From Gemmatimonadaceae bacterium (GTDB lineage: Bacteria; Gemmatimonadota; Gemmatimonadetes; Gemmatimonadales; Gemmatimonadaceae), in the NCBI GenBank assembly GCA_040901985.1, contig JBBDYC010000012.1, positions 1 to 56,445 of the forward strand: a DNA stretch of 56,445 nt, given 5' to 3'. The first letter of the stretch is position 1; each line of letters begins with the position of its first letter. The position numbers and the translations under genes were made by a program. The notes below the pieces were generated by a model that saw nothing but the letters and a program-made list of their open reading frames with translations, did no database searches and had not been told where the DNA came from. Shown here piece after piece: positions 6,863-15,583 of this stretch.

Positions 6863-7714
6863 TCAATTAGTGCGAACGGGCGCAGTAAGGCACCGGCGGA
6901 CGCTCGCCGCGTGCCATGCCCCTCCCTTCTTGGTTGGAATCCGCTCAGACGCCAAGCGGGACGCAATTCGCGAGTATGAGAGACCGGAAGTTCTAAGGCT
7001 ACGCATGCGATGGATTGCCTCTTGCTCGTGCTGGACGACTACCCAATCCGTCCCATCTCCGACGGCTGCGTACCCGTAGGGCGGCGCCCCGACTCGCTCG
7101 CCTCGCGCGACTTTGTGCCGCAACGCAACGCTCGTGCGCTCCGCGATGAGGTTCCGCTCGAGTTCTGCCACGCCGGCTAGCATCCCGAGGAAGAATCGCC
7201 CGACGGCCGAACCAGTGTTCACGGCTTGGCCGCCCAGATCGACCAGGTGCATTGAGACGCCCTCGTCGTCCCACCCTCGCACGGTCCTGAGGCAGTCGAC
7301 GGCATCGCGGAAGAGTCGGTCCAGCTTGAACGCGAGGACGTGCCGCACACTCCCCTCGGCGAGCGCGGCAAGCAGCTCGGCGCCGGCGGGGCGATCAGCG
7401 AGCGGAATGGATCCGCTTACACCGGAGTCGAGGAACACCGCGCTCGCCTGAAGGCCGTGCGCCGTGGCGTACGCGCGGAGCCGTGCCTCCTGCGCGTCAA
7501 GCGAGACGCCCTCGCGCGCTTGCTCCTCGGTCGAGACGCGGAGATAGAGCGCGGCGAAAGTCGCTCCGAGGTACGGTTCGGTACGGTTAGGAGCGCCCCG
7601 CTTTCTGCGCGGCCGACGCTCAGAAAGGTCAGGTCTGGTCAGGTTGGGAAGCGGGCGGCGGGCGGCACTGGCGAGCGCGGTGGCAGTCAGGGCGTGGTCA
7701 ATATGGTCAATCAC
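6863..7714 (-). CDS. serine recombinase (resolvase plus recombinase domain); start uncertain
   Basis: YLRVSTEEQ catalytic Ser motif, KLDRLFR, LAGVAELERNLIAERT, PPYGY...IASRL...W..ASVRRCL. Confidence 0.92.
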   Translation of the reverse strand: MIDHIDHALTATALASAARRPLPNLTRPDLSERRPRRKRGAPNRTEPYLGATFAALYLRVSTEEQAREGVSLDAQEARLRAYATAHGLQASAVFLDSGVSGSIPLADRPAGAELLAALAEGSVRHVLAFKLDRLFRDAVDCLRTVRGWDDEGVSMHLVDLGGQAVNTGSAVGRFFLGMLAGVAELERNLIAERTSVALRHKVARGERVGAPPYGYAAVGDGTDWVVVQHEQEAIHRMRSLRTSGLSYSRIASRLASERIPTKKGGAWHAASVRRCLTAPVRTN

Positions 7715-8126
7715 GGTCCCGCCTTGTGGCGAGGGCGAGCCGCGGCACGATATCGAGGACGCCAGCCCTCGAGGACGCCGGCGAGAGACAGGACTGAGCC
7801 CGAGCCGCGTGCTCCGCGTCCACGGGAATCGCCGAGCCTGTCAGGAGCGCCCGGAGTTCGTCGAGGTCGAGCCGCGCGGCCTTGGCGATGACAATACCGG
7901 CGTCAGCCGGGTCGCTCGGATCCACGTCGATGATGTCGCCGTGATCCACGACGTGGCCGCCCAAAAGGAAGCGCGATCGCGCGACGAGTTGGAATCTCTT
8001 GGCCTCTGCCTGCTGCATCTTACCCGTCCTTGCGGCGTGCGCCGCGGTTGTCGGCTTTGCGCCGAACGTGGTCGGTGTGGTCGGTTTGTGCTTACCCATG
8101 TATACCTGCGGTGAGTCAGGGGTCAC
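7707..8126 (-). CDS. hypothetical protein between the two recombinases
   Basis: GTG 8126 overlaps the integrase stop (GTGA); stop overlaps the serine recombinase ORF start. Confidence 0.5.
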   Translation of the reverse strand: MTPDSPQVYMGKHKPTTPTTFGAKPTTAAHAARTGKMQQAEAKRFQLVARSRFLLGGHVVDHGDIIDVDPSDPADAGIVIAKAARLDLDELRALLTGSAIPVDAEHAARAQSCLSPASSRAGVLDIVPRLALATRRDRD

Positions 8127-9403
8127 GTGCGACCCTTTCGCTTCTTGCTGGGCGTTGGTGCGGTCGCTCGGGCGATGGCCGCACCCATGACGGCGGCGGC
8201 TTTTCGTGCCTTGGCCTGTTCGAACTTCGCGTAGCGTTCGGTCGTCTTGGTGTCGACGTGGCCGAGCAGCGCGGCGACACCGGCCAGCGGCACTCCCTGG
8301 GAGATTGCGATCGTCGCCACGGCGTGCCGGAGTGCGTGCAGCGGCTTCCGAATCCCCGCCGCTGCTCTCGCGCGTAGCCACGCCCGCTTGATCTCGGTTC
8401 GCGGCCGTGACGGGTACTTCGGCGAGGGGAAGACATACGGGCCGCGACGCGGAATGGTGCGGAGCAACTTCATTGCTCCCGGCGAGAACGCACGCTCGGA
8501 GCGCCCCGTCTTACTCTGCGCCAAGGTGATCACCCCCGTCGAGAGGTCCACGGCGTCCCACCGGAGCGAGAGCGCCTCGCCTTTCCGCAAGCCAGTGAGC
8601 GCGAGCAACCGGATTACGTCCGACGATTGCCCGCGATCTACGTCCTCGGCCGTGTCGAGCGCCTTGAACAGCGCGGCGAGCTCGCCGCGCGTGATCGGCT
8701 CCCGGGTCATTTCCTCTTTGAACCACCGTGCACGTCCGCGCTTCCCGACCGCGAACGGATTCGGGAGCCCCGCACGCTCGTCATCGGCGAAGTTGAGCAC
8801 GGCACAGCAGACCTGCTGGACGCGGTTCGCCAGTACACGGCGGCCACGCGGCAAGGCGCGACGGACGAGGAGCGCATGCGAGGCGCCGACTTGAGCGACA
8901 GCGGCCGAGCCGATCACGGGGAGGACGTGCTTGGAGAGCAGCCGGCGCCATTCGCGAATCGTCCGCGCGCTGAGGTTCCGCGATTCCGCGTCTGCGAGAT
9001 AGTCCTCGATGACCACAGCGAGCGGCCGCGCCGCCAGATCGCGCGCGCGGCGCAGGGTTTCCTTGGCCTCGGAGTCCCGCGCTGCGCCCTGCTGCTCGAG
9101 GAACGGGTCACGGCGGGCCTTCACCTCGCCACGGCGGGCCTCGGCGATCTGGCGGCCAGTGTGCGCCGTCAGCGTGCCAGTCCGGCCATCGGGTAGCGTC
9201 ACCGGTGCGCCGACTTCCCCGATCGTGTAGCGGCGCCGCTTGCTGCGCTCAACGGGCGACCAATAGAGGAGGCTCAGGATCTTGCGGCCCGCCGGCGTGA
9301 CCTTGAGTTGGTAGCCAGGGATCCGCACGTCGGCAATCACCCGATCGCGATCGGTGTCCGGTGTCGCGGCGGCGATGACTGAGGCGGAAAGGAGTTGGCG
9401 CAT
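8123..9403 (-). CDS. int: tyrosine integrase with N-terminal arm-binding domain (P4-like)
   Basis: GYQLKVTPAGRK...RRYTIG arm domain; catalytic TGLRKGE, SKTG, HALRH, LLGH...TERY; adjacent to right att; start 9403 preferred (ORF open to 9445). Confidence 0.95.
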   Translation of the reverse strand: MRQLLSASVIAAATPDTDRDRVIADVRIPGYQLKVTPAGRKILSLLYWSPVERSKRRRYTIGEVGAPVTLPDGRTGTLTAHTGRQIAEARRGEVKARRDPFLEQQGAARDSEAKETLRRARDLAARPLAVVIEDYLADAESRNLSARTIREWRRLLSKHVLPVIGSAAVAQVGASHALLVRRALPRGRRVLANRVQQVCCAVLNFADDERAGLPNPFAVGKRGRARWFKEEMTREPITRGELAALFKALDTAEDVDRGQSSDVIRLLALTGLRKGEALSLRWDAVDLSTGVITLAQSKTGRSERAFSPGAMKLLRTIPRRGPYVFPSPKYPSRPRTEIKRAWLRARAAAGIRKPLHALRHAVATIAISQGVPLAGVAALLGHVDTKTTERYAKFEQAKARKAAAVMGAAIARATAPTPSKKRKGRT

Positions 9404-9558
9404 AGGCTGGTTGGAGGTCGCTAGTCTCCATCCAGTATCCATCATACCGACCCGAATAGCAAGTACCCGACCCGACCCGACTGCTTACTCCTAGAGGGAG
9501 ATACCCGACCTTACCCGTTCTGGTATCTAACGACCACAAGAGAATATGCCGTGGGCTT

Positions 9559-9608
9559 CTGCTTCGGGAGCAGGAGGTCGCTGGTTCGAATCCAGTCGCC
9601 CCGACTGA
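9559..9608 (+). repeat. att core, right copy (3' part of tRNA-Pro)
   Basis: Identical to 121-170; lacks acceptor 5' strand and D-arm. Confidence 0.97.
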
Positions 9609-9620
9609 ACGGGTTACAAC

Positions 9621-9653
9621 AAAAAGGCACCGGCCTCGGCCGGTGCCTTTTTT
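9621..9653. terminator. bidirectional intrinsic terminator (original tRNA operon terminator)
   Basis: AAAAAGGCACCGGC-CTCG-GCCGGTGCCTTTTTT. Confidence 0.9.
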
Positions 9654-9671
9654 CGCCCGGACGCCCGCCGC

Positions 9672-11132
9672 TCAGTCCGGCGTCGTGGCCGACGACACGA
9701 GCTTGCCGTCGGCGTCCACCGTCAGCACCGCATTCCGCTCGGCGCGGAGCGTCGCGCTGCTCCGGCGCCCCATCACCTCCCACGACAGCTCTACCGCCAC
9801 CCCGCCGGGAAGGTCGCAGAGCACCCAGTCGCCGCGGGCCGAGGTCACGGTCTCGCGGGAGTCGTCCCGCCAGAGGGGAACCTCACCGCCGATGTCCACG
9901 CCGACGCGCCAGGTGGCGCGGATCCGTGAACCCGCCACCGGGCGTACCCCTACGGTGAGCCGTCCCTGGAACGCGCCGACCGCCTCCGGCACGACGCGCT
10001 CGTGGCAGACCGCGCGTAGCGCGCTCGACATCTCCGTCGTTGCGGGGACCTCGCGCACGTAGACCCGCCGCGGCCCTTCGAGCAGCGCGGTCGTCTGGCC
10101 GCCGAGGATTTCGTGCCCGAGCACCTCGGGCTGCATCACGCGTGCCTGGTTCTGCTGACGGAAGGTCTCGAGCTCGATCAATCCCACCTGGGGGAACCGG
10201 ATCCACCACGACGAGACGAGCCAGCTCCCGCCGTTCGCGCGGGCGAACTCCATTCGTCCACCGGCCTCGCGCTTCGATTCGTCGGCGGTAAGCCCAACGT
10301 AGAGATATGAGATCGAAATGAGCTCCATCGTGGCGCGCGCGACCTGGATCTCGCCGGTGATGTCCACGTAGTCGCGGCGTCGGGTCCGCGGTTCGAAGAC
10401 CAGCAGGAAGGTCGTCGGCGAGGCCTCGCGGGCGGTGAAGCAGTACGACTCGGTGAACCAGGGCGCGAGGAGCGCCGGGACGTCGAGCCCGCGGAAGATC
10501 CGGTCGGCCCCGGCCATGGTGACAAATCCGCTCCGCTGGAGGTCACCGAGCACGGGGTTGCCGAAGGCGGAGAGGAGCGGCCCCGCCTTGCGCGCGATGG
10601 TGAATCGGGAGGTGTCGCGGCCATTGGCGTGGAGCCGGTGGTCCGTGGCGATCCATCTCGCGGTGACGCCGGGCCGGCTGAGGCCGAGCTGCGCCGCGAG
10701 CAGCGCCTTCCGCACTTCATCGAGCAGGATGCCAACATAGCGGCGCGACGTCTCGTCGTTGCTACAGCTCGACGGCGGCGTCGCTCCGCGCAGCGGGAGG
10801 TCGGTGAGCGCCGTGCCGGCGGCGGGGTCGAGCGTCACGACTTCACCGGCGTTCACGACCCGCTCGAGGATCACGGTCGGCTGGAACCCGACACGAAGGA
10901 GTTCGACCCGGGCGTGACCCGGCCGGGGGAGCAGCAACGCATAGCGCCCGTCCTCGGCGGTGACCGCCCGGGCGAACTCGGCCCCGGTCGAGTCCCTGGC
11001 CACGATGAGGACTCCGCCGCTCGACCCGCCGCCCAGCGTGGACACGTTGCCGACAATCCGCTGCGCGCCGAGCGGCGACACGGCGAGCAGGAGCGCGGCC
11101 GCCAGCGCCGCGGCACCGGCCGTGCGTGCCAT
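9672..11132 (-). CDS. secreted protein with carboxypeptidase-regulatory-like domains
   Basis: Signal peptide MARTAGAAALAAALLLAVSPLGAQ; AVTAEDGRYAL...LRVGF and TVTSARGDWVLCDLP beta-sandwich motifs; TGATG coupling to upstream gene. Confidence 0.75.
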   Translation of the reverse strand: MARTAGAAALAAALLLAVSPLGAQRIVGNVSTLGGGSSGGVLIVARDSTGAEFARAVTAEDGRYALLLPRPGHARVELLRVGFQPTVILERVVNAGEVVTLDPAAGTALTDLPLRGATPPSSCSNDETSRRYVGILLDEVRKALLAAQLGLSRPGVTARWIATDHRLHANGRDTSRFTIARKAGPLLSAFGNPVLGDLQRSGFVTMAGADRIFRGLDVPALLAPWFTESYCFTAREASPTTFLLVFEPRTRRRDYVDITGEIQVARATMELISISYLYVGLTADESKREAGGRMEFARANGGSWLVSSWWIRFPQVGLIELETFRQQNQARVMQPEVLGHEILGGQTTALLEGPRRVYVREVPATTEMSSALRAVCHERVVPEAVGAFQGRLTVGVRPVAGSRIRATWRVGVDIGGEVPLWRDDSRETVTSARGDWVLCDLPGGVAVELSWEVMGRRSSATLRAERNAVLTVDADGKLVSSATTPD

Positions 11133-12391
11133 CAGCGGCGACCTCGTGGCGCGGGGGCGGGGGTGAAGAACGCCTTCTGGTTCACGTACGAGAAGCGCGC
11201 GTTCGCCCCCGCCTCGATTGCCGCGATGGCGGCCTGGGACGATCCCAGGGGCACGCTGATCGAGAGGGTCCGCGCCTGCAGCGCCGAGTCCGGCACGCTG
11301 ACGTCGAGTCCGTACCAACGCCAGAGGTGCCGGGCGGCCTCGGCGACCGTCACGTCGTGGAGGTCGAGCCGGCCGTCAATCCACCCGAACCCCTGGGCCG
11401 ACTCCGCCTCGGTCGGCGGCCGGGGCGCGCCGCCGGCGCGCCCAATGTAGAGCGCCTCCCCTGCGCGCAGTGTGCGTTCGCGGTCCGGCATCCGCACGCG
11501 GATATCGCCTTCAGTGGCCCGGATGAGCCGATAACTCTCGCCGGCGTAATTCCGGACGGCGAACGCGCCACCGGTGGCGATCACGGTGATGTCGCCGATC
11601 CGCGCCTCGAACTCGTGGGCGCCGCCCGGGGCGACGGTGAAGGAGGCCGCGCCACTGACGCTGAGCGCGCGGTAGTCGCGCCCGAAGCGCGGTACAGTCA
11701 CCAGCCGGGCCTCCGGCGCGAGCTGCGCGACGCTGCCGTCGGCGAGGGTGGCGCTGCCGATCAGCCCGGCGCGGGTCGTCACCGCCTCGGCCTCGGCCGA
11801 GCCGAGGAGTTCGTTGACCACCGCTGCACGGCTCTCCCGCGAAATCCACCAGAGGGCGGTGAAGACCACGACGGCAGACACGGCGACGATGATCACCGGG
11901 CCCTTCCATGATCCGCGCCGGGCCACGGTGTTGATGTGCTCGGCGACCTCGTGCGACGAGTGTTCGCGGCGACGCTTGGCGGCGGTCGCGGGGTCCACGA
12001 CCGGCTGGTGGAGGGCGGTTGAGATCTCGGCCCAGAGCCGGTCGGCCGTCGGCGGCTCTGGCGGTGCCGGGACCGCGACGCCCTCCGCCTTCTCGAAGCG
12101 GTGGACGGCGGCCATCCGAGCGCGCACCGCGCGAGCCCGATGGCGGAACTCCTCGTTGAAGAACGCCTCGATCTCGGCGCTCGTGTGGAACCCGTCGCGC
12201 TCCTCCCAGAGCTCCCGCACGGTGGCGGAAATCAGGCGCGGGACAGCCGCGCGTTCGCCCTTCAGCCGCTCGAGCGCGCGCTCGAGGAGAAAGGCATAAT
12301 TGGCGCGGAAGATCTGCTCGAGCGCCCGCTCTCCCCCGGCATTGAGGGCAGCGATGGTGGCCGGATCGATGGGCGTGAAGCTGGACGACAT
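11132..12391 (-). CDS. FecR-domain membrane protein with N-terminal ECF sigma region-2-like domain
   Basis: TM helix then TTRAG...TLADGS.AQLAPEARL...GAASF.V FecR motif and GWIDGRLDL C-domain; N-terminus ALNAGGERALEQIFRANY...LWEERD. Confidence 0.8.
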   Translation of the reverse strand: MSSSFTPIDPATIAALNAGGERALEQIFRANYAFLLERALERLKGERAAVPRLISATVRELWEERDGFHTSAEIEAFFNEEFRHRARAVRARMAAVHRFEKAEGVAVPAPPEPPTADRLWAEISTALHQPVVDPATAAKRRREHSSHEVAEHINTVARRGSWKGPVIIVAVSAVVVFTALWWISRESRAAVVNELLGSAEAEAVTTRAGLIGSATLADGSVAQLAPEARLVTVPRFGRDYRALSVSGAASFTVAPGGAHEFEARIGDITVIATGGAFAVRNYAGESYRLIRATEGDIRVRMPDRERTLRAGEALYIGRAGGAPRPPTEAESAQGFGWIDGRLDLHDVTVAEAARHLWRWYGLDVSVPDSALQARTLSISVPLGSSQAAIAAIEAGANARFSYVNQKAFFTPAPAPRGRR

Positions 12392-12563
12392 GCAGGGGTC
12401 CTCGGAATGGTCGGGGATGCGTTGGCACGAGGCGCGCCCGGTCATCACACGCGCGTCGCTCCCGCTACTATAGCCCAGCGCACGGCTGACTGCATCCCCG
12501 GGCACACAGTGGGGGGACTCGTCCCTACCCCCGGCGACTGGTGGGGACTAGCTTTCCCCGTTC

Positions 12564-12637
<74 letters not shown>

Positions 12638-12760
12638 TCCTCTCGTCCTCGGATCGCCACCTCCCCTCCCCGCCGCGACACCGAACGCGCGGGCCGGCGC
12701 ACCGACCCCCCTCCGACCGCCCCGCGCGGATCGCCCGCCCCGCCTCCCCTCCCCAATCGC

Positions 12761-14017
12761 GTGGATACCGCCACTCTCCGCCGCACGCCGGTGGCCGAGC
12801 TGCAACATCTGGCCGCCGAGCTCGGGCTCGACGAGCTGGAAGGCGCGCGCAAGCAGGACCTGATCCTGCGGATCGAGCGCGCGCTGCTCGCGCGTGGCGA
12901 GCCGATCACCGCCGAGGGGACGCTCGAACTCGTTGCCGAGGGGCACGGATTCCTGCGGAGCCCCGACTGGTCGTACCTCGCCGGTCCGGACGACGTGTAT
13001 GTCTCGCCGACGCAGGTGCGCCGCTTCGGCATCAAGACGGGCGACACGGTCCGCGGCCGCGTGCGGCCGCCCAAGCACTGGGAGAAGTTCGTCGCGCTGC
13101 TGCACGTCGAGTCGGTGAATGGCGACCCGCCGGAGTCGCTCGTCGGTCGGGTCAATTTCGACGCGCTGCGGCCACGGTACCCCGACCAGCGGATCCGGCT
13201 GGAGTCGCAGTCGGGGGGCCTCGCGATGCGCGTCGCCGACCTGATTGCGCCGCTCGGCAAGGGGCAGCGCGGCCTGATCGTGGCGCCGCCACGCGCCGGC
13301 AAGACGCTCCTCCTCCAGCGGATGGCCAACGCCATTGCCGAGAACCACCCGGAGATCACGCTGATCGTACTCCTGATTGACGAGCGGCCCGAGGAGGTGA
13401 CCGACTTCATCGCGACCGTGCCGTCGGCCGAGGTGATCGCGTCCACCTTCGACGAGCCGGCCAAACGCCACGTCCAGGTCGCCGACATGGTGATCGAGAA
13501 GGCGAAGCGCCTGGTGGAATCGGGGCGCGACGTGGTGATCCTCCTCGACTCGATCACGCGGCTGGCGCGGGCGCACAATACGATCATGCCGCAGTCGGGG
13601 CGGATCATGTCGGGGGGCGTGGACGCCAAGGCGCTCGAGCGGCCCAAGCGATTCTTCGGCGCCGCCAGGCGGATCGAGGACGGCGGGTCGCTGACGATCG
13701 TCGCGACGGCGCTCGTCAACACCGGGTCGCGGATGGACGAGGTGATCTTCGAGGAGTTCAAGGGCACCGGGAATCAGGAGATCGTGCTGGACCGGGACAT
13801 CGCGAACCGCCGCATCTACCCGGCGATCGAGATCAACAAATCGGGGACACGGAAGGAGGAGCTCCTGCTGACCGAGAAGGAGCGGAACCGGATCTACCTG
13901 CTCCGGCACTTTCTCGGCGACATGCCGCCCGACGAGGCGACGAGCTTCCTGTTGCGCAAGCTGGCGCTGACGAAGACCAACGAGGAGTTTTTCCAGAAGA
14001 TGGCGGAGGGCCAATGA
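12761..14017 (+). CDS. rho: transcription termination factor Rho
   Basis: GFLR...DVYVSP RNA-binding domain, [55 protein letters not shown]. Confidence 0.98.
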   Translation: MDTATLRRTPVAELQHLAAELGLDELEGARKQDLILRIERALLARGEPITAEGTLELVAEGHGFLRSPDWSYLAGPDDVYVSPTQVRRFGIKTGDTVRGRVRPPKHWEKFVALLHVESVNGDPPESLVGRVNFDALRPRYPDQRIRLESQSGGLAMRVADLIAPLGKGQRGLIVAPPRAGKTLLLQRMANAIAENHPEITLIVLLIDERPEEVTDFIATVPSAEVIASTFDEPAKRHVQVADMVIEKAKRLVESGRDVVILLDSITRLARAHNTIMPQSGRIMSGGVDAKALERPKRFFGAARRIEDGGSLTIVATALVNTGSRMDEVIFEEFKGTGNQEIVLDRDIANRRIYPAIEINKSGTRKEELLLTEKERNRIYLLRHFLGDMPPDEATSFLLRKLALTKTNEEFFQKMAEGQ

Positions 14018-14457
14018 GCGGCGCGTGGCGGCGGCGATGGCTCGCGATTGACCTCGGGGACCGGCGGATCGGGCTCGCGGTGAGCGATCCGGCGGGGATG
14101 ATCGCGTCGCCGGCGGGCCATCTCGTCCGGCGCGCGGGGAAGCGTCCGCCGCTGACCGCGCTGCTCGCCAAGGCCGAGGCGCTCGGCGCCGAGGGATTTG
14201 TCGTCGGTCTCCCGCTCGACGAGCTGGGTGAGGACACGCCGCGCGCCGCCGAGGCGCGCCGCCTGGCGCACGAACTGCACGTCCGCACCGGGCACCCCGC
14301 CGAGGTCGTGGACGAGCGGTTCACCACGTCGGCGGCGCTGCGCGCCGTGCAGGCGATGGAGGGGTCGACGCGGGGTCGCAAGGGCGACGTGGACGCGCTC
14401 GCCGCGACGGTGCTGCTCCAGCACGCGCTGCGGACGATGGAGCTGCGCGATGCGTAG
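14014..14457 (+). CDS. ruvX: RuvX/YqgF pre-16S rRNA nuclease
   Basis: [38 protein letters not shown]. Confidence 0.95.
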   Translation: MSGAWRRRWLAIDLGDRRIGLAVSDPAGMIASPAGHLVRRAGKRPPLTALLAKAEALGAEGFVVGLPLDELGEDTPRAAEARRLAHELHVRTGHPAEVVDERFTTSAALRAVQAMEGSTRGRKGDVDALAATVLLQHALRTMELRDA

Positions 14458-15535
14458 GGCGGCACTCGCCCTCGCGCTGGTCATCGCCGGCGGATGCTCG
14501 GCCGGCGACACGACCGAGGTGATGGTGAACGTGCGGCGCGGCTCGAGCTTCCGCGAGGCCGCCGACTCGTTGGCCGCGCACGGCGTCGTCCGCTACCCCC
14601 GGCTCTTCGGCTTCTATGCGTCGCGGACGAAACGCGACCGGACGATCCGCTACGGCACCTATCTCATCTCTCGCGGCGCCTCGTGGAAGGACATCCTGAC
14701 GGCGCTCGAACAGGGCCGCGGGATCGTGCATCGCGTCCGGATCATCGAGGGTTGGGCGGTCTGGGACATCGTGCCGGCGATTGCCGAGGGACTCTCCGTG
14801 CCGGTGGACTCGGTCGAGGCCGCCGTGCGCGACACGGCGCAGATGCGACGGATGGGCGTGCCGCGGAGCCAGCGCACACTGGAGGGATATCTCTTTCCCG
14901 ACACCTACCACTTTCCCGACGGGGTCAACGCCCGTCAGGCGGTGGACCTGATGCTGCGGCGATTCGAATTCATCTGGAAGCCGACGTGGGATGCCCGCCT
15001 TGCCGAGCTCAATCTGTCGCGCCACGAGATCGTGACGTTGGCGTCAATCATCGAGAAGGAGGTCCGGCGCGGCGAGGAGCGGCCGCTGGTCTCCGCCGTC
15101 TATCACAACCGCCTCAAGGTCCGGATGCTGCTCCAGGCCGACCCCACGGTGCAGTACGCCCTCGGGCGCCGCCGGCCGACGCGCGTGCTCTATCGCGACC
15201 TGCGCGTGGACTCGCCGTACAACACGTACCGGCGGCGGGGGCTGCCGCCGGGGCCGATTGCCTCACCGGGCGCGTCGAGCATCGAGGCCGCCCTCTTCCC
15301 GGCGAACGTGCCCTACCTGTTCTTCGTTGCCCATCCGGACGGTCACCACGAGTTCCGGAGAACGCACCGCGAACACCTCGCGGCCATCGTCTATGTCCGC
15401 GAAGTGGCGCGCCGCGAGGCGGCAGCGCGGCGTGCGCAGTTGGAGCGCGCGGCGCGCGACTCGATCCAAGCGGCCACCGGCTCGGCGCGCGAGTCGCCCG
15501 ACTCGGTGGCCGCGCAGCCCCCTGGCACGCCGTAG
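14450..15535 (+). CDS. mltG: endolytic transglycosylase MltG
   Basis: IIEGW, LEGYLFPDTY, LASIIEKE, LQADPTVQY, SPYNTY..GLPPGPIASPG; ATG 14450. Confidence 0.95.
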   Translation: MRRAALALALVIAGGCSAGDTTEVMVNVRRGSSFREAADSLAAHGVVRYPRLFGFYASRTKRDRTIRYGTYLISRGASWKDILTALEQGRGIVHRVRIIEGWAVWDIVPAIAEGLSVPVDSVEAAVRDTAQMRRMGVPRSQRTLEGYLFPDTYHFPDGVNARQAVDLMLRRFEFIWKPTWDARLAELNLSRHEIVTLASIIEKEVRRGEERPLVSAVYHNRLKVRMLLQADPTVQYALGRRRPTRVLYRDLRVDSPYNTYRRRGLPPGPIASPGASSIEAALFPANVPYLFFVAHPDGHHEFRRTHREHLAAIVYVREVARREAAARRAQLERAARDSIQAATGSARESPDSVAAQPPGTP

Positions 15536-15583
15536 CTCAGGCGGCGCGCCCCGTGGGCTGTCCACGACGCCTAGATTCGACGG

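Larger units (their letters stand above)
121..9608. mobile_element. tRNA-Pro-integrated element (phage-satellite-like / minimal integrative element), ~9.4 kb
   Basis: 50-bp att repeats, tyrosine integrase next to right att, Xis/AlpA-like genes, replication initiator, TA cargo, more AT-rich than flanks; no virion or conjugation genes recognised. Confidence 0.9.

Noticed and set aside
6863..7714. IS607-type transposase
   Set aside because: No N-terminal MerR-like HTH and no adjacent tnpB; domain order is catalytic then recombinase domain.
171..9558. Complete prophage or conjugative ICE
   Set aside because: No capsid, portal, terminase, tail, lysis, relaxase or T4SS genes recognisable in 9.4 kb.
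9559..9608. Second tRNA-Pro gene
   Set aside because: Only the anticodon-to-3' part is present; no 5' acceptor strand or D-arm. It is the att duplication.
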